64,000 nucleotides of DNA from Azolla caroliniana (Eukaryota; Plantae; Polypodiophyta), in the NCBI GenBank assembly GCA_043228905.1, contig JBHGNT010000021.1, positions 7,068,001 to 7,132,000 of the forward strand, given 5' to 3'. Shown here piece by piece: positions 1 through 13,252 of this stretch (position 1 is the stretch's first letter; every line of letters starts with the position of its first letter). The notes under the pieces are model-generated. The model was given only the letters and a program-made list of their open reading frames with translations, was not told where the DNA came from and made no database searches. The translations under genes and the position numbers were made by a program.

Positions 1-1
1 G

Positions 2-3000
2 TTGAAGCACCTTTGTCACATACTTCTCTTGTGACAGCCACAACTGCTTCTTGCTCCGGTCCCGGATGATGTGCATCCCTAGTATTTGCCTCGCCGGACC
101 CAAGTCCTTCATTGAGAAGGTTCGGTGAAGAGCCTTCTTCAGCATCCGTATCTTGACCTGGTCCCGTCCGACGATCAGCATGTCGTCCACGTACAGGAGG
201 AGTATTAGAAAGTCTCCTCCTTCGAACTTCTTCACAAACACGCAGTGGTCGGACTGCGTTTTGAGGTACCCTTCGTCGGTCATGAAGGAGTCGAACTTCC
301 GGTACCATTGCCGGGGAGCCTGCTTCAGTCCGTAAAGGCTCTTCTTCAACCGGCATACCAGGTGCTCCTTCCCTTTCTTCTCGAATCCTTCCGGTTGCTG
401 CATGTAGATCTCTTCATCGAGGTCACCGTGAAGGAATGCCGTCTTCACGTCTATCTGTTCTACCTCGAGGTCCATGCTTGCCGCTATGCTCAGCACCGTC
501 CGGATAGAGGTCATCTTCACTACCGGGGCAAATATCTCGTCGAAGTCGACGCCCTTCTTCTGCTGAAACCCCTTAACCACGATCCTGGCTTTGTATCTCG
601 GGGGGTTTCCGGCATCTCCCGGTTTCAGCTTGAACACCCACTTGTTTCGAAGTGCCCGCTTTCCTTTCGGCAACTCCACAAGTTCATATGTGTGGTTCTC
701 ATGCAGGGAATCCATCTCGTCCTGCATGGCACTCAACCACCTGCGGCTCTGGGTGTCATGCTTTGCTTCTTCAAAGCTCTCCGGCTCCCCCTCGTCGGTT
801 AGCAGCACGTGCTCTGGTTCCGGAAATCTCCGGGGGGCCCTTCTCTCTCTTAGAGGATATCTCCGTTCGGGAGCTTCGGTAACCGGTTCTTCCGATTCTT
901 CTTCTTCATCCGAATCCATTTCGGGATCGGGGCCGGTTCCGGTATCATTTTCATCTTCTTCGGCCGGTTCTGTTTCTTCACCGTCTTCGGCCGGATCCTC
1001 GAGTGCTAACCGGTCCCTTGCCGGTCGGGACTGCTCCTCGTAGAGTTTATCCTCACCGGTCGACTTGGAGCTCTTCATCTCCTTCTCCGACTCCCAGTCG
1101 GCGAGTGTCTTGTCCTCCATGAAGATGATATCTCGACTCCTGAATATCTTCTTGTCGACCGGGTCCCATACTCGGTAGCCGAACTCGTCGTCGCCGTAAC
1201 CGAGGAATATGCATGGCCGGGTCTTTGGATCTAACTTTCCTCTCCGGTCCTTTGCCACATGTACGTATACGAGACACCCGAACACCTTCAGATGCCGGTA
1301 GGACACTTCCTTACCGGTCCACACTTTCTGCGGCGTGTCTCCGTCCAAAGGTACTGAGGGTGATCTATTTATCACATACGTCGCCGTCGACATTGCCTCA
1401 GCCCAAAATCCCTTGGGTAATTTCGCATGCACCAGCATACTCCGGACCCTCTCCATTATGGTCCGGTTCATCCTCTCGGCCAGCCCGTTCAGTTCCGGCG
1501 TCTTCGGCACAGTAAACTCGAGCCGGATTCCCTTCGTGCGACAGTACTCCTGGAACTGCCCCCGGTATTCGCCTCCGTTATCCGCTCGAATCGCTTTCAG
1601 CTTCTTGCCGGATTCCCTTTCCACTCTTGCGTGGAGTTCTTTGAAGACGGACAACACTTGGTCCTTTGTCTTCAACGGCGCCGTCCACAGCTTCCGGCTG
1701 TGATCATCAATGAAAGTCACGAAGTACTGGGCTCCGCCATGTGACTTCGTTTCTACCTGACACACATCCGTGTGCACCAACTCCAATGGTGCGCTACGTC
1801 TCGTCGGTGGCCTTGAGTGGAAGGAGGTTCGGTTCTGCTTACCGGCCAGGCAATCGGTGCACTTCTCCAGATGCACATGCTTCACTGGAATGAGGTTGTC
1901 TTCTGCAAGCCTCTTCATCCCCTTCTCGCTCATGTGGCACAGTCTCTTGTGCCACAGCTCACCGGCAGTGTCGGCTGCCACGTTCAGCTCCTCCGGACAT
2001 AGCCGGGAATTCATCAGGTACAGTGTGTTGACCTTCCGGGCCCGAGCCACTATCAGGTTCCCTTTGCTGAACTTCATGACACCGTTCCGGATGCTACCCG
2101 TGTAGCCTTCATCGTCTAGCCTCCCGGCCGAAATCAGGTTTAGTCGGACCTCCGGAACGTGTCGGACATTCTTCAGCAGCATTTTGCATCCGGTCGGGGT
2201 TGTCAACCACACGTCTCCTATGCCGGCAATCCGGCACGTACCTTCGTTTCCCATCCGAACACAGCCATGCTCGCCGACTGTGTAGGATGAGAAGTATCTT
2301 CTCTCCGGGGTCAGGTGGAACGATGCTCCGGAATCGACCACCCAGGTCGTCTCATCGCCGGGAATGTTTAGTTCACCTTCTTCGGTGATGAGCATGATCT
2401 CCTCTTCACTTGCCGCGAGTGCCGTCGTTCCTTTCCGGTCCTGCCCTCGCCGATCCGAACCTCTCCGGTCCGTGGCTCCCCGGTATGCACCGTTTCTCTC
2501 CGGTGACTTCTTCGAATCGGTGTCGTCGGCTCCGTTGTCTTTTCGGTAATGCCGACAATTCTTTCGGAAGTGCCCAGGCTTCCCACAGTGGAAGCATGTG
2601 GGCCTTCCTCTTGACTGCGACCGGGTCCCCGACTTCTCCCGTCTTTGCGGACTCCGGTTCCATTGTCTTCCCCGATCCGATTCGGTAAGAAGCGCCTTCG
2701 GGTCGGAGGCCGGTTCTTTATCTCTCCGACGCGCTTCTTCGTTCAAAATACTTGTCTTTACCGTTTGTAGGGACAAGTTATCCTCGGTGCAGGAGGTGCT
2801 GAGAGTTACCACCAAGTTTTCCCAGCTTTCCGGCAATGTACACATCAGAATGATGGCTTGCATTGCATCCTCCAGTGGGAACTTGATCGCCGCAAGCTGG
2901 TTCACGAATCCCATGAACGTGCTTACGTGTTCCACCATACTCTCGCCGTCCCGGTACTTGAGATTTACTATCTTCCTCATCAGGGAGGTCCGGTTCAACG

Positions 3001-3292
3001 CATTCTTCCTCTCGTAGAGGCCCGACAGCTTCTTCCACATCTCATATGCGTTGGTGTCGTTCGCCACATGTTGTAGGACGCTTACATCGACATATTGTCG
3101 GATCGTCGCTACGGCTTTCCGGTTCAGAAGCCTCCATTCCGACTCAAGTACCCCCTTCGGTATTTCCGACCTGTCAATCGGTTCGTACAGGTCCCGAACA
3201 ATCAGAAGATCCTCCATCTTGATCTTCCAGTCGGCGTAATTTTGTGCATTCAGCACCATCATCCCCGGCTGCCCGCTGCCGCCGCCTTCCAT
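2..3292 (-). CDS. Copia gag-pol polyprotein, apparently open and running off the window edge
   Basis: ATG at 3292 (MEGGGSGQPGMMVLNAQNYADWKIKMEDLL). Contains CFHCGKPGHFRKNC knuckle, WVVDSGASFH protease, VHTDVC/ADNGGEY integrase and LYVDDML RT motifs. The frame at the window edge (LSQEKYVTKVLQ) matches the ATG frame. Absent from the ORF track, consistent with no stop inside the window. Confidence 0.85.
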   Translation of the reverse strand, partial: MEGGGSGQPGMMVLNAQNYADWKIKMEDLLIVRDLYEPIDRSEIPKGVLESEWRLLNRKAVATIRQYVDVSVLQHVANDTNAYEMWKKLSGLYERKNALNRTSLMRKIVNLKYRDGESMVEHVSTFMGFVNQLAAIKFPLEDAMQAIILMCTLPESWENLVVTLSTSCTEDNLSLQTVKTSILNEEARRRDKEPASDPKALLTESDRGRQWNRSPQRREKSGTRSQSRGRPTCFHCGKPGHFRKNCRHYRKDNGADDTDSKKSPERNGAYRGATDRRGSDRRGQDRKGTTALAASEEEIMLITEEGELNIPGDETTWVVDSGASFHLTPERRYFSSYTVGEHGCVRMGNEGTCRIAGIGDVWLTTPTGCKMLLKNVRHVPEVRLNLISAGRLDDEGYTGSIRNGVMKFSKGNLIVARARKVNTLYLMNSRLCPEELNVAADTAGELWHKRLCHMSEKGMKRLAEDNLIPVKHVHLEKCTDCLAGKQNRTSFHSRPPTRRSAPLELVHTDVCQVETKSHGGAQYFVTFIDDHSRKLWTAPLKTKDQVLSVFKELHARVERESGKKLKAIRADNGGEYRGQFQEYCRTKGIRLEFTVPKTPELNGLAERMNRTIMERVRSMLVHAKLPKGFWAEAMSTATYVINRSPSVPLDGDTPQKVWTGKEVSYRHLKVFGCLVYVHVAKDRRGKLDPKTRPCIFLGYGDDEFGYRVWDPVDKKIFRSRDIIFMEDKTLADWESEKEMKSSKSTGEDKLYEEQSRPARDRLALEDPAEDGEETEPAEEDENDTGTGPDPEMDSDEEEESEEPVTEAPERRYPLRERRAPRRFPEPEHVLLTDEGEPESFEEAKHDTQSRRWLSAMQDEMDSLHENHTYELVELPKGKRALRNKWVFKLKPGDAGNPPRYKARIVVKGFQQKKGVDFDEIFAPVVKMTSIRTVLSIAASMDLEVEQIDVKTAFLHGDLDEEIYMQQPEGFEKKGKEHLVCRLKKSLYGLKQAPRQWYRKFDSFMTDEGYLKTQSDHCVFVKKFEGGDFLILLLYVDDMLIVGRDQVKIRMLKKALHRTFSMKDLGPARQILGMHIIRDRSKKQLWLSQEKYVTKVLQ

Positions 3293-3322
3293 TTTCTGCA
3301 GCAGTTCGCTCTGATACCAGTT

Positions 3323-3929
3323 TGACGGGAATTAACCCTTCTAATCACCTTCTTCGCCCGGCCACAACCGAGTAAGCGCGAATCGATGGAGCAGAAAATA
3401 GGAACCACACGGAGAAACAAAACGCGAGTACACAGGGATTAACGTGGAAAACCCTAGGCGGGAAAAACCACGGGAGTACGAGACTCCAAACCAACACTAT
3501 ACAGAGAAGTATACAATGGGGAGCTGCAAGGCGACGACCTTGAGCTCGCTGTCCTCGCCACAGGCGGCGGAAATACACAGAGGCGTCTACCTCTTCCTCT
3601 CTCGCGCTCTATCTCTCTCACGGCTGCTCTCTCTTCACTCCTCTAAAGTGGAAAAACAGAAAAAAATAAGAAGCAACACTAAAACTGTTTGCCCTAAGTC
3701 ATATTTATACTTATATGACTTTGGGCTATTTACAACTGTAGCCACAGGGGCCCATAGCGAACATATTCACGGATATGTCCCTGCATCCGGATCGCTCTCC
3801 GGGTACATTCGTCATCCGGTACCGAAACCGGGGTCTTCGTCATCCGGTGCCGAAAAACCGATACCGGGCTTGTCGGCATTCATCTCCGATATCCGACCAT
3901 CCCATCCGAAAGGGACCGAAATCCCAACA
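3323..3929 (-). repeat. 5' LTR of first copia
   Basis: TG...CA bounded, 3 nt from the PBS; TATAAATA on the minus strand near 3702-3709. Confidence 0.8.
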
Positions 3930-5079
3930 TAATCCATGCGGCAGTCATCTCCACGAGTATATTTTTGCATTACAAAGTTCAGGAAGTTCTTTTCTTCTAC
4001 CATGTTTTAGAAAAACATGTATGTCAGCATGTACACTATATGGAAAAAGCCGCTTGTAAATGTTATTAGCTAGTGATGCAGTTCATTGGACACATTCAAC
4101 CTTCAAATTTCTTATAAAAAAAGCCTATATAGTGTTTCTAAATGTGGCACATGGGTATGTGGTTGTAATTTAATTTTTTATGAAGACCAACATAGAATCA
4201 TGACATCTTTAAAGATTAGCATGCGAGTTTCATCATTGCCATGATAAATTAACACCTTGTTTCGCCATAAAAGAATGTTTTGGGTGGCTCTTGATGATCG
4301 TTCGGGACCATGGTTATCTAAAAGAGAACTCCAATGGAGACTCTTAAATCTCGTGGAGTTACCAACATGTGTTTTGTTGCTTTTCGACAAATGTTTTGTA
4401 GGACTAACTTCCAATCATTGACAATCCGGTAGACGCCCTTTGATACAATCATAAAACTTGCAAAACACATTCTCAAAAAGTGTTTCCCTAGACACCAAAA
4501 GTAGGAGATTGAAGACGAACCAATTTATTAAGAAGCTTTTTTGTCCTCAAGAAAATTTGTTGTACTAACATAGATTGCAAAGAAGCACACACGCTTTTAA
4601 ATTATGTAAGTTAAATATACTAAACATCCTAAGCGTGCATAACTCCTCCTATAGTAAAAGCCATAAACCTCACTAAGCATGTCTAGATTACTAAAATTTA
4701 TCCAAAGTTTTAAAGTTTGAAGGACACACATGGGTATGAAGCTAAAGTTTGCCACACTCTTAGAGTCTCTATATCAAAACAACAAAGAAAAGAGATCCCC
4801 CCTTCATGAAGGTAGCTAGCCTTTATAAAGGCTAAAAGCCTAGGTCGTTGTATGTGTCACACATGATTGTCTTTCTTATAAAATGTAGGCATGGGATGAA
4901 ACACTATAAAGTTATCTCCCATCGTAGGATTGAGATAACTCAATCCTCACCCTTCATCCTTACGAATTAGTCTACAACTATGGTTAATCATTAGGCCATT
5001 GCCTTATTATTACTATATATAAATATACATTTTTCTTTAGATCATGTTTACAAATTTACATTGTTTTTAGACTGTCCAT

Positions 5080-5998
5080 TCCCCCCTTTGGACTTGCCAA
5101 GTCATGACATGTGAAAATGAGTAGCGAATATCCATATTCAAGAACTTAGCAATGAATATTGCAGTCAATAGTGCACATTGTCGTTGTGAGAGGAATTCAT
5201 GCACGGATTGGGTTTGCTTGCTGACGTGTGGAAAATATTGTCTGATGTCATCACCGTTAGAGCATCGTATCAACCTATGATATACTCAAATTCCCAAACG
5301 TTTTAGGGAAAAGTGCGCATAGTTGATTGCTCTCATCACTTGTGCTCCTATTCCCTATTTCACATCATAATGAGTGTGAGCTAAGTCACATAGAACTAAA
5401 GGGTCAGATGGTAGACAATGGAATGGACTCTATCATGTATTGATATTTAGCGGTTTTTTCGTTTGGCAAAGAACATGGTTTATTTAGTTAGGGGCAATAT
5501 ATGTAGCATGTGTGATTTGTAAGCCTCCACATTTTTCCCATGTCATGATACATTAGCGTTGCAAAAAAGGCCTCATTCACAAAGGAATTTATTGATGCAT
5601 CATAAAGAAAGTGTGTTACATCCCATCTTCGAAACAAATTTCCATATCTTGCATCCAATTGGAACACACAATTTTGCTTTTATGTGTCTTCTAGACTTTT
5701 TGCTTGCTTGCCATGCAAGTCTTTGAACTTGATGAGAGGAACTTTTTTGAACCTTGCATGTATTCAACTAGCTTTTTCATGCAAATGATCTAAATAGGAA
5801 GTGATCCCTTCTATAGAAGTAGGAGGGTAGGGTGTATGATGCATGTTCTTGACTTGGAGAAACTTTGTAAGAAAATGCTTTTTGAGGCCACCCCACACAA
5901 TCTAATGCATGATAACCAATGACATGTTTACTTCAATGTGAAGTGGAAATCATGCATGGATGCAAGGTAGCGAGCATGCATGGGTCCAACAATGGTAT
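5080..5998 (-). mobile_element. Degenerate LINE (non-LTR) 3' remnant
   Basis: Visibly similar to 51750-52250, which adjoins recognisable LINE RT motifs; no intact ORF. Boundaries approximate. Confidence 0.5.
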
Positions 5999-6003
5999 AT
6001 AAG

Positions 6004-9000
6004 TGTTGGGAACTGAGGTCGTCAGTGCGGAACATCAACATCACCTTGACATGAAGATCACTGAGTGTACAAGTGAAGACAAGTCTGATCAAAAGAACAG
6101 AAATGAGATGGAGAGAGAGACATAGAGGCACACAAGATGTAATAGTTATTCAAGATGAACAACAACAACAAACTAGGTTACAAAGCCCCTTATATACTAA
6201 TTGGGCTAGGGCAACTGTCCTTTGACCTATTTACAGAATTGTCCTAAATCTAGTTTGTCCATGAGATAATGTGAATACGGCCATTATAGATTAGTATTCG
6301 ACACTCCCCTGTAATGGGCGTATACAACGAAAATCTGTAATATAGAAAGTAAATGGACAATACAAATTTGTACAAGGTCGTTGAACAAATTAGATTTCAG
6401 TTCGAGTCGGTAAACTCCGAAAAACAAAAGACCGAATTGGCCAAGGTCGAAGAAACTAAGACTGAACCTCGAACTGTCGATGATGATTGTATGAAACCAT
6501 CTTGAGTGTTCGACTTAATCAGACTAATTCTTCATTACACCCATCTGGTGCTGAAGGGATCTAAATCGATCCGCTAAAAGAGACTTGGTCATCCCATCTG
6601 CGACATTATCAGTTGTAGGTATCTTCTCAAGGCTAACTTTTCCTGAAATGATGCAATCCCGAACAAAGTGATATCTCACGTCGATGTGCTTTGAGGTGTT
6701 GTGTTGAACCGGGTTTTTTGACAGAGCGATAACACCCTGACTGTTGCCGTAGACAACTGGAGCCAAGCCAGATTTGGCTTGTCGAAAAGTGCAAGCCAGC
6801 CGATCGAGCCATAAGGTGTCTTTCGCTGCGTCGGACGTGACTACGTATTCAGCCTCAGTCGTTGATGTGGCAGTGCACTCTTGAAGTCTCGATTTCCATG
6901 AAATTGCTCCATTGCCGAATTTGAAACAATATCCGTTTGTCGATTTTTGACTGTCGACACAACTGGCAAAGTCCGAGTCGGTGTATCCAACTACGCCTAA
7001 AGTGTCATTCGGGCCGAATAGGATGCCATAGTCTTTTGTGCCCACTAGATATCTGAACACATGCTTTACTGCGTTCCAATGCGATCGGCTAGGGTTGTGC
7101 ATGAATATGCTGACGACTCCGAAGGCATAAGCAATGTCAGGCTGTGTCGCGACCATCACGTACATCAAGGAGCCAACTATCGGTGCATACGGTACTGACT
7201 TCATAACTTCCCCCTCTGGACCGGATGTTGGGCAATCTCACTGAGATAGCTGAAGATTAATGGGGAGTGTGGTTGAAACAGATTTGGCCGATTGCATGTT
7301 GAAACGTTCTAGGACACGTTCGATATAGTCATATTGAGACAGAAACAATTGTCGTCGATTCTGATTCCAACTTATCTTCATTTCAAGAATGTGTCTTGCC
7401 GGACCAAGGTCCTTCATGGCAAACTTCAACTGCAATTGCCGAACAAGTTGGCGAGTTCTCTAGCATGTTGACCGGAGAGTAGCATGTTGTCCACGTAGAT
7501 GATGAGGAAGATGGGAGACCCATCTTGAGCTGTTTTTGTGAAGAGGCAGTGGTCCTCATCGCTCTTAGGAAGCTGATTGACATGATAAAGTCGTCGAACT
7601 TCTTATACCACTGCCGCAGTGCTTGTTTAAGGCCGTAAAGACTCTTTTGAGTTGATAGACTTGATGCTCTTGGTCGGTTGCAATGAAGCCTTGCGACAAC
7701 TCCATGTAAATTTCCTCCTCTAGGTTGCCATGGAGGAAGGCCGTCTTCACATCTAATTGAATAAGCTTCAAGTCCTCGGCTGCCACTATGCCGAGGAGAA
7801 AGCGATGGGTGGTCATTTTCACCACTGGTGAACAAATCTCATCGAAGTCGATGCCATATTGCTGTTGAAAACCCAACCCTTCACGACTAAATTGGCCTTA
7901 TACTTGGGGTTGGGTGAATCAGACATCTCTTATAATCTGTAGACCCATTTGCATTGAAGAACACGTCGATTTTTCGGTAATTCGACCAAGTCCCAAGTTT
8001 GGTTTGGCTGAATTGAGTTCATTTCCGACTTCATCACCAGATCAATGTGGCCGAATTGGCTGATGCCAATGCTTCTTCGTATGACGTCGATTTGCCGGCG
8101 TATGTGAAGAAGATTCCAGGAGAGTACCTCTTCGGGAGTTGCGCCAATCTCTCGGATCTTCGAGGTATGACTGGTCTAGTCGCATTGGGTGTCGGAGTCG
8201 AATGGTCCAAAGCCGAATTGTTCGGCTGTGCCGAGTCAGTCGATGCCGAGTCGGTGCTAGAGGATTCGGCTACCTGTGAAGCCGACCACATATTATGGGC
8301 TGGGTCTTCATGAAGGGCTGGCACATCTGAAAAGGTTACCCTTTGGACTTCAATAAGCCTTTCAGCCGTCTTGTGCATAACCGACTCATTGGACACTACA
8401 TCCGAACTTCAGACGATCTGTCTATGCTCAGGGTCCCAGAGTCGGTATCCGAATTCGCCATCTGTTCCATAGCCAAGGAAAATACATTTCTTGGACCTCT
8501 GTTTCTAATTTTCAGTAGTCGTCTTTTGGTATGAGGGCGTATGCCTCGCATCCGAAAATCCACAGCTTGTCATAATTCGGCTTGCTGCCGGTCAATAATT
8601 CCTGAGGTATTCAAAGTCCTAGAGGCATACTCTACGACATGTTGATTATGTGTATTGCCATAAGTAGGGCCTCTGCCTAGAAGCCATCCGACAGTCCAGA
8701 GTGTTGGAGGATGGACACTACGCATTCCTGAATTGTCCGATTCATTCATTTGGCAATTCTATTATGCTTCAGACTATAGGGTGATATATTCACATCGAAT
8801 GCCGCGCTGTCTGCAAAATTGGACGAATTCTTCATACGTGAACTCTCCCTTGTTGTCAGTTCGTAGGCATTTCAACTTTTGACCATATTGGTTTTCTACC
8901 ATAGCGAGCCATTCGGAAAAGATCGAGAACACCCGATCTTTGGTTTTGATCAGATAAGCGCACACCTTCCTTCCGAGTCGAGTCGTTGATGAAACTGACA

Positions 9001-11480
9001 AAGTACAAGGCACCACGGAGAGATTGATGTGGCATAGGGCCACGAACGTTCGAGTGAACCAAATTGAGTGGGCTCCATTATCTCGGTGCTGCAGTCAGGT
9101 GTGATGCGGCTATTTGTTTTCCATATTGGCAATGCTTGTAGAATTGATGATAGGAGAAGGACAGTTTGGGGATATATCTGGCTCTGGATAGATGTGTGAT
9201 GTCGGCCTTGTTGAGTTGTCCAAGTCTTCCATGCCACAGTGAAGCCACGGGAATATCAACCAAGAACAAGTCACCCTCTTTGAGTATGACATATAACAGG
9301 TATAGTGAATGTACTTTCGGTCCTCGAGCAAGCAGGAGGTTCCCCCTACGGAGTGTCCACCCTCCTGATGAGAAGCTGACACGAATGCCGTCATCGTCCA
9401 ATTGTCCGACTGAAATCAAAGGTCTTGAGAGCTCAAGTACATGTAAGACATTGTGTAGTATTAGTGTAGAACCACTTGATTTCTACAGTGCAAATTTTGA
9501 TAATAGCGTAGTGCTACGAATTTCCGATACTAGGATTTGTGAGGGGTCACATGGTAGGATGCACCCGAATCCAGGAGCCATGTGCTCGATTCCTCAGTGC
9601 TAAGCAGAACTTCTTATTCGACTAGGTTTTCAATGGATAATATGTTCAGGTCGTTTGACAATACTTCAGCTGAAGAGCCGACATAGTTGACCTCCTCATG
9701 TTGGCTACTCTTTTGATAAGCTAGCTGAGACTTATTATTCTTGGCTTTGAGTGCACGATAGTCGGCTTCGATGTGCTCGGGTTTCGTGCAGTAGTTGCAT
9801 ATTTGGTTGTCCTGGGACTTGCTCCGACTTCGTTGGTTGTTCGGTTGTCGGGAAGAACTTCTTCCTTGACTGTTTGATCGGTCGGTCGAACCTTGTATAC
9901 TACATAAGCTTCATCTATTGAATCTTTTGCAAATGATTTCCTCCAAGCTACTTCAATCAGTATTGCGCTTGTAACTTCGGAGTACTTCACACTAGTAGTA
10001 GAAGCATTGCACACAGTTGTGATGAAAATTTCCCACAAAGGAGGAGACTACTCATGAGCAATATTGCTCTTAGTTCATCCTCAATTGTTGTCCCCTAAGC
10101 CGAAATCTAGGAGATTAAGCTTTCGTACTCGTTCGAGTGTGTATGAACCGAGTCAGATTCTTTCACTCGAAGGTTGTAAAGGCACCGAATCAGATATATC
10201 TTCATGGCGGTGACCTTCTTGTCATAAGTGTCCGACAATGTCTTCCATAGTTGAAAGGCTGTCAAACACGATTGCACTATGAAGTACACTGACTCTGGCA
10301 AGTGCATCCAAATGGTGGCTCAAACAATTGTATCGAGTTTCGTCCACTCATTCGGCTTGATTCCTTCTGGAGGGTTTTCGCTCTCGATTGGATCTATTTG
10401 ACCCTTGACTATTAGATAGTCTTGCATCTGCTCCTTCCATAAGTTGAAGTTTGATCCGTCGGACTTCCTTAGACTCATCTCTAATGAGCCGGATGTTGAT
10501 GCCATCTGTGTCGACTTGTTAGACTCTATTTGGAGTTGACTACCGACGGTGGTGGGATGTAGTAGTCGGTTGGCTCACCCGATATCGTTCTAGTTGGATT
10601 CGAACACAAGTCAAATCGACTTCAATTATTGGTTAATTCTATCCAGAGTGACTACAGTTAGCCGACTTAACCGAGTTGGATATGAATCCGTCGATTTGAT
10701 TCCGATGCCGATTTCGAGATGTCGATCATAGATTTTGTGCCAATTATCCATGCCAATCTTGCATCGAATGACTACAATGATGAGAGGGACGGAGTCGACT
10801 GGTCCTCCCGAATGTCATCTAGCCAAGTGAAGCACTGATAGGAGTTGTTCCATGGAGCCCAATTTGCTACGAGTGATTACGACGAGTGAGTGAATGGTGT
10901 CGATCGACCTATTCGATTTTCGTCTAACCTGATGAAGCACGGTTGAGGCAGAACTTGCAGAACAAAGACTCACTCCGAGCGGCTACAATCACAAGAGTAA
11001 AGTACAACTGACTGACTTACTTCAAGAGTGATTTAAAACGGTGGAGTGCAAATCTTCTTTTTTCTTTCTCTTCTCAAGATGAGATCCTGAACTTAGGTTC
11101 TTCAAGGGAGGCAAAGCAATAATGCTATTGAAGACTGATGACGATTGGCAACGAGTTGAAGAACCTCTACTCTGATACTAGATGTTGGGAACTGAGGTCG
11201 TCAGTGTGGAACATCAACAACGCCTTGACATGAAGATCACTGAGTGTACAAGTGAAGACAAGATCAAAACAATAGAAATGAGATGGAGAGAGAGACACAG
11301 AGGCACACAAGATGTAACAGTATTATTCAAGATGAACAACAACAACAAACTAGGCTACAAAGCCCCTTATATACTAACTAGGCTAGGGCAACTGCTCTTT
11401 GACCTATTTATAGAATTGTCCTAAATCTAGTTTTTCCAAGAGATAATGTGAATATGGCCATTATAGACTAGTATTCGACA
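6004..11480 (-). mobile_element. Full-length degenerate Ty1/copia element
   Basis: LTRs 6004-6303 and 11183-11480; TSD ATAAG at 5999-6003 and 11481-11485; degenerate iMet PBS 11169-11180; PPT beside 6304. Same family as 44090-49609. Confidence 0.97.
6524..10505 (-). pseudogene. Disrupted copia gag-pol
   Basis: Fragmented ORFs (MASTSGSLEMSLRK..., QLDVKTAFLHG, GYTDSDFA, KHIDVRYHFVRD) colinear with the intact ORF at 44582-48613; many stops and frameshifts. Confidence 0.95.
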
Positions 11481-11639
11481 ATAAGTAGGACCTCCTTACC
11501 ATTGTAGTTCAATGATAAGACCATTGCCAAGAACAAGATAGAAGAGAATAAGGACACTAGAAGAGAGAAAATAAGAGGACAATGTAATATATATATTTTT
11601 AGGAGGGCTTGCTTTTGACCATCAAAAGAGGATCTTCAT

Positions 11640-12730
11640 GGGTCTTGATACTTTAGATTTAGTGGAAACTAACATCTTAAAGTGCCCTTAAATTCAACTA
11701 TTATTGATTCCATCCATAGTGATATCATTGTTGGTGAATTTGCATATGATGTGTTGGATCACATAATTCGAGATCATGCTTCTTTTTCAAGGTCCAAAGG
11801 TTCTCATAAAAATTATAACAAGTCAAGTTAGCATGATTTGTTTTTTTCGAAATAATCTACTATATGTCCCTATTGATGGTCATTCTCAACTATGAATATT
11901 ACAACACTATCATGACATGCCAATGTTTGGACATTTTGGAGTCTGCAAGACTTAGGAATCAATTTCTCAAAGCTATTGGTGGTTGCAACGTCGTAACTTG
12001 GTTGACTACATTTGTAGTTATGATGCATGTTGTCAGTCAAAGTGTCCTCAACATTGACCATATGGATTGCTCCAACCCTTACCAATCCTTGATGGTCAAT
12101 GGAAGTTTATACCTTTGGATTTCATTACGTATCTCCCATCCTCAAAATTCTTATTGCCATTACACATTAGTTCACTAAAAGGGTACATTTCCTTCCATGC
12201 ATAAAAACTAAATTAATAGTCAAGAGATAACAAACAAGTCTAGATATGCTTGAACTATTTAGACATAATGGTCTTTCCATGACATCATTAACAGTAGATA
12301 TCTATAATTTATTTCTAAACTTTAGAAACACTTGCTTGGGATCATTTGAATTGATTGTTTAAAATCTCTTTGGGCTATCATCTTGAGATGCAAGGTCAAA
12401 TTGGTTGTACCAATCAAACATTGGACCATTATCTTCTACTAAATATGCTCCCTTCTTTTCCAACACAAGATTTTGTCCCCATTGGATGATGCTTGAACAT
12501 TCAAAAATCTCAAAAATCCTATGACAAAAGCCACACATAAGAAATTTGGTGACTGTAAAAGTCTAGACTCATCAGTAGAAGGACTTAAGTTTCAAGTTGG
12601 GGATCATGTATGGCTCTTATGACATAAAAATCAATTCGCCTTGCAATTAGTCAAATTATTAATGTCTTAATCTATATGTTATCACTAACCAAATCAATGA
12701 AGTTGTGTTTTGTCTCAATCTCCCTCCTCA
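11640..12730 (+). mobile_element. Highly eroded Ty3/gypsy integrase remnant
   Basis: ggattgctccaacccttaccaatc...tggatttcattacg...ttcactaaaagggtacatttccttccatgc resembles GLLQPLP..DFIT..FTK..HFLPC, as at 38035-38180; caagttggggatcatgtatgg resembles VGD.VW. Boundaries approximate. Confidence 0.65.
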
Positions 12731-12774
12731 TTTGTCGCCCGTACGCGCGCGCGCACACACACACACACACAAGC

Positions 12775-13155
12775 ATCTCATAGATTTGAAAAATTGCAAA
12801 CATATAATCACTCAACACCTTGAGTTCTTCCATGCACCTCTAAAAATGTTCATGAGGTACCATATTGAAAGCTTTCTTGAAGTCTATAAAACACCAATTG
12901 ATATAATTCCTTACCTCTCAAACAATTTTCTTCTATTAATACTTGAAGGGTGACAAGGTGAACAATGGTGTTATCATGTTTTCAAATGCCACCTTGACCA
13001 TGAGCTCTGTTTCCATTTTTGTTTCACTCCATGCACTTCCCTTTGACTCCATTAAACATCTATTTAGTTTTGCCATAAGTGAGTTGACCATGATAGTCCA
13101 ATAATTATTTACATTTTTTTTGACATCTTGATATTTATGTAAAGCTTTGATCTAG
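12775..13155 (-). mobile_element. LINE RT fragment
   Basis: Colinear with 51255-51625 (KAF..VP motif region on the minus strand). Confidence 0.55.
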
Positions 13156-13252
13156 TTCAAAGTCCAAAGGAGGGGAGACAACGATAAGATATTCATAATG
13201 ATCATATCTAGTTTCTCAATTGTTGCGCGAACGCATGTGCATGCATTATGCG

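Larger units (their letters stand above)
1..3929 (-). mobile_element. Ty1/copia LTR retrotransposon (Tnt1-like), 5' part; 3' end lies outside the window
   Basis: Minus strand: LTR TGTTGGGAT...CCCGTCA (3929-3323), PBS TGGTATCAGAGC (3319-3308, tRNA-iMet), then a gag-PR-IN-RT reading frame in copia order. Confidence 0.95.

Noticed and set aside
153-3325. Many plus-strand ORFs of 60-185 aa
   Set aside because: Antisense shadows of the GC-rich copia polyprotein; no independent protein motifs.
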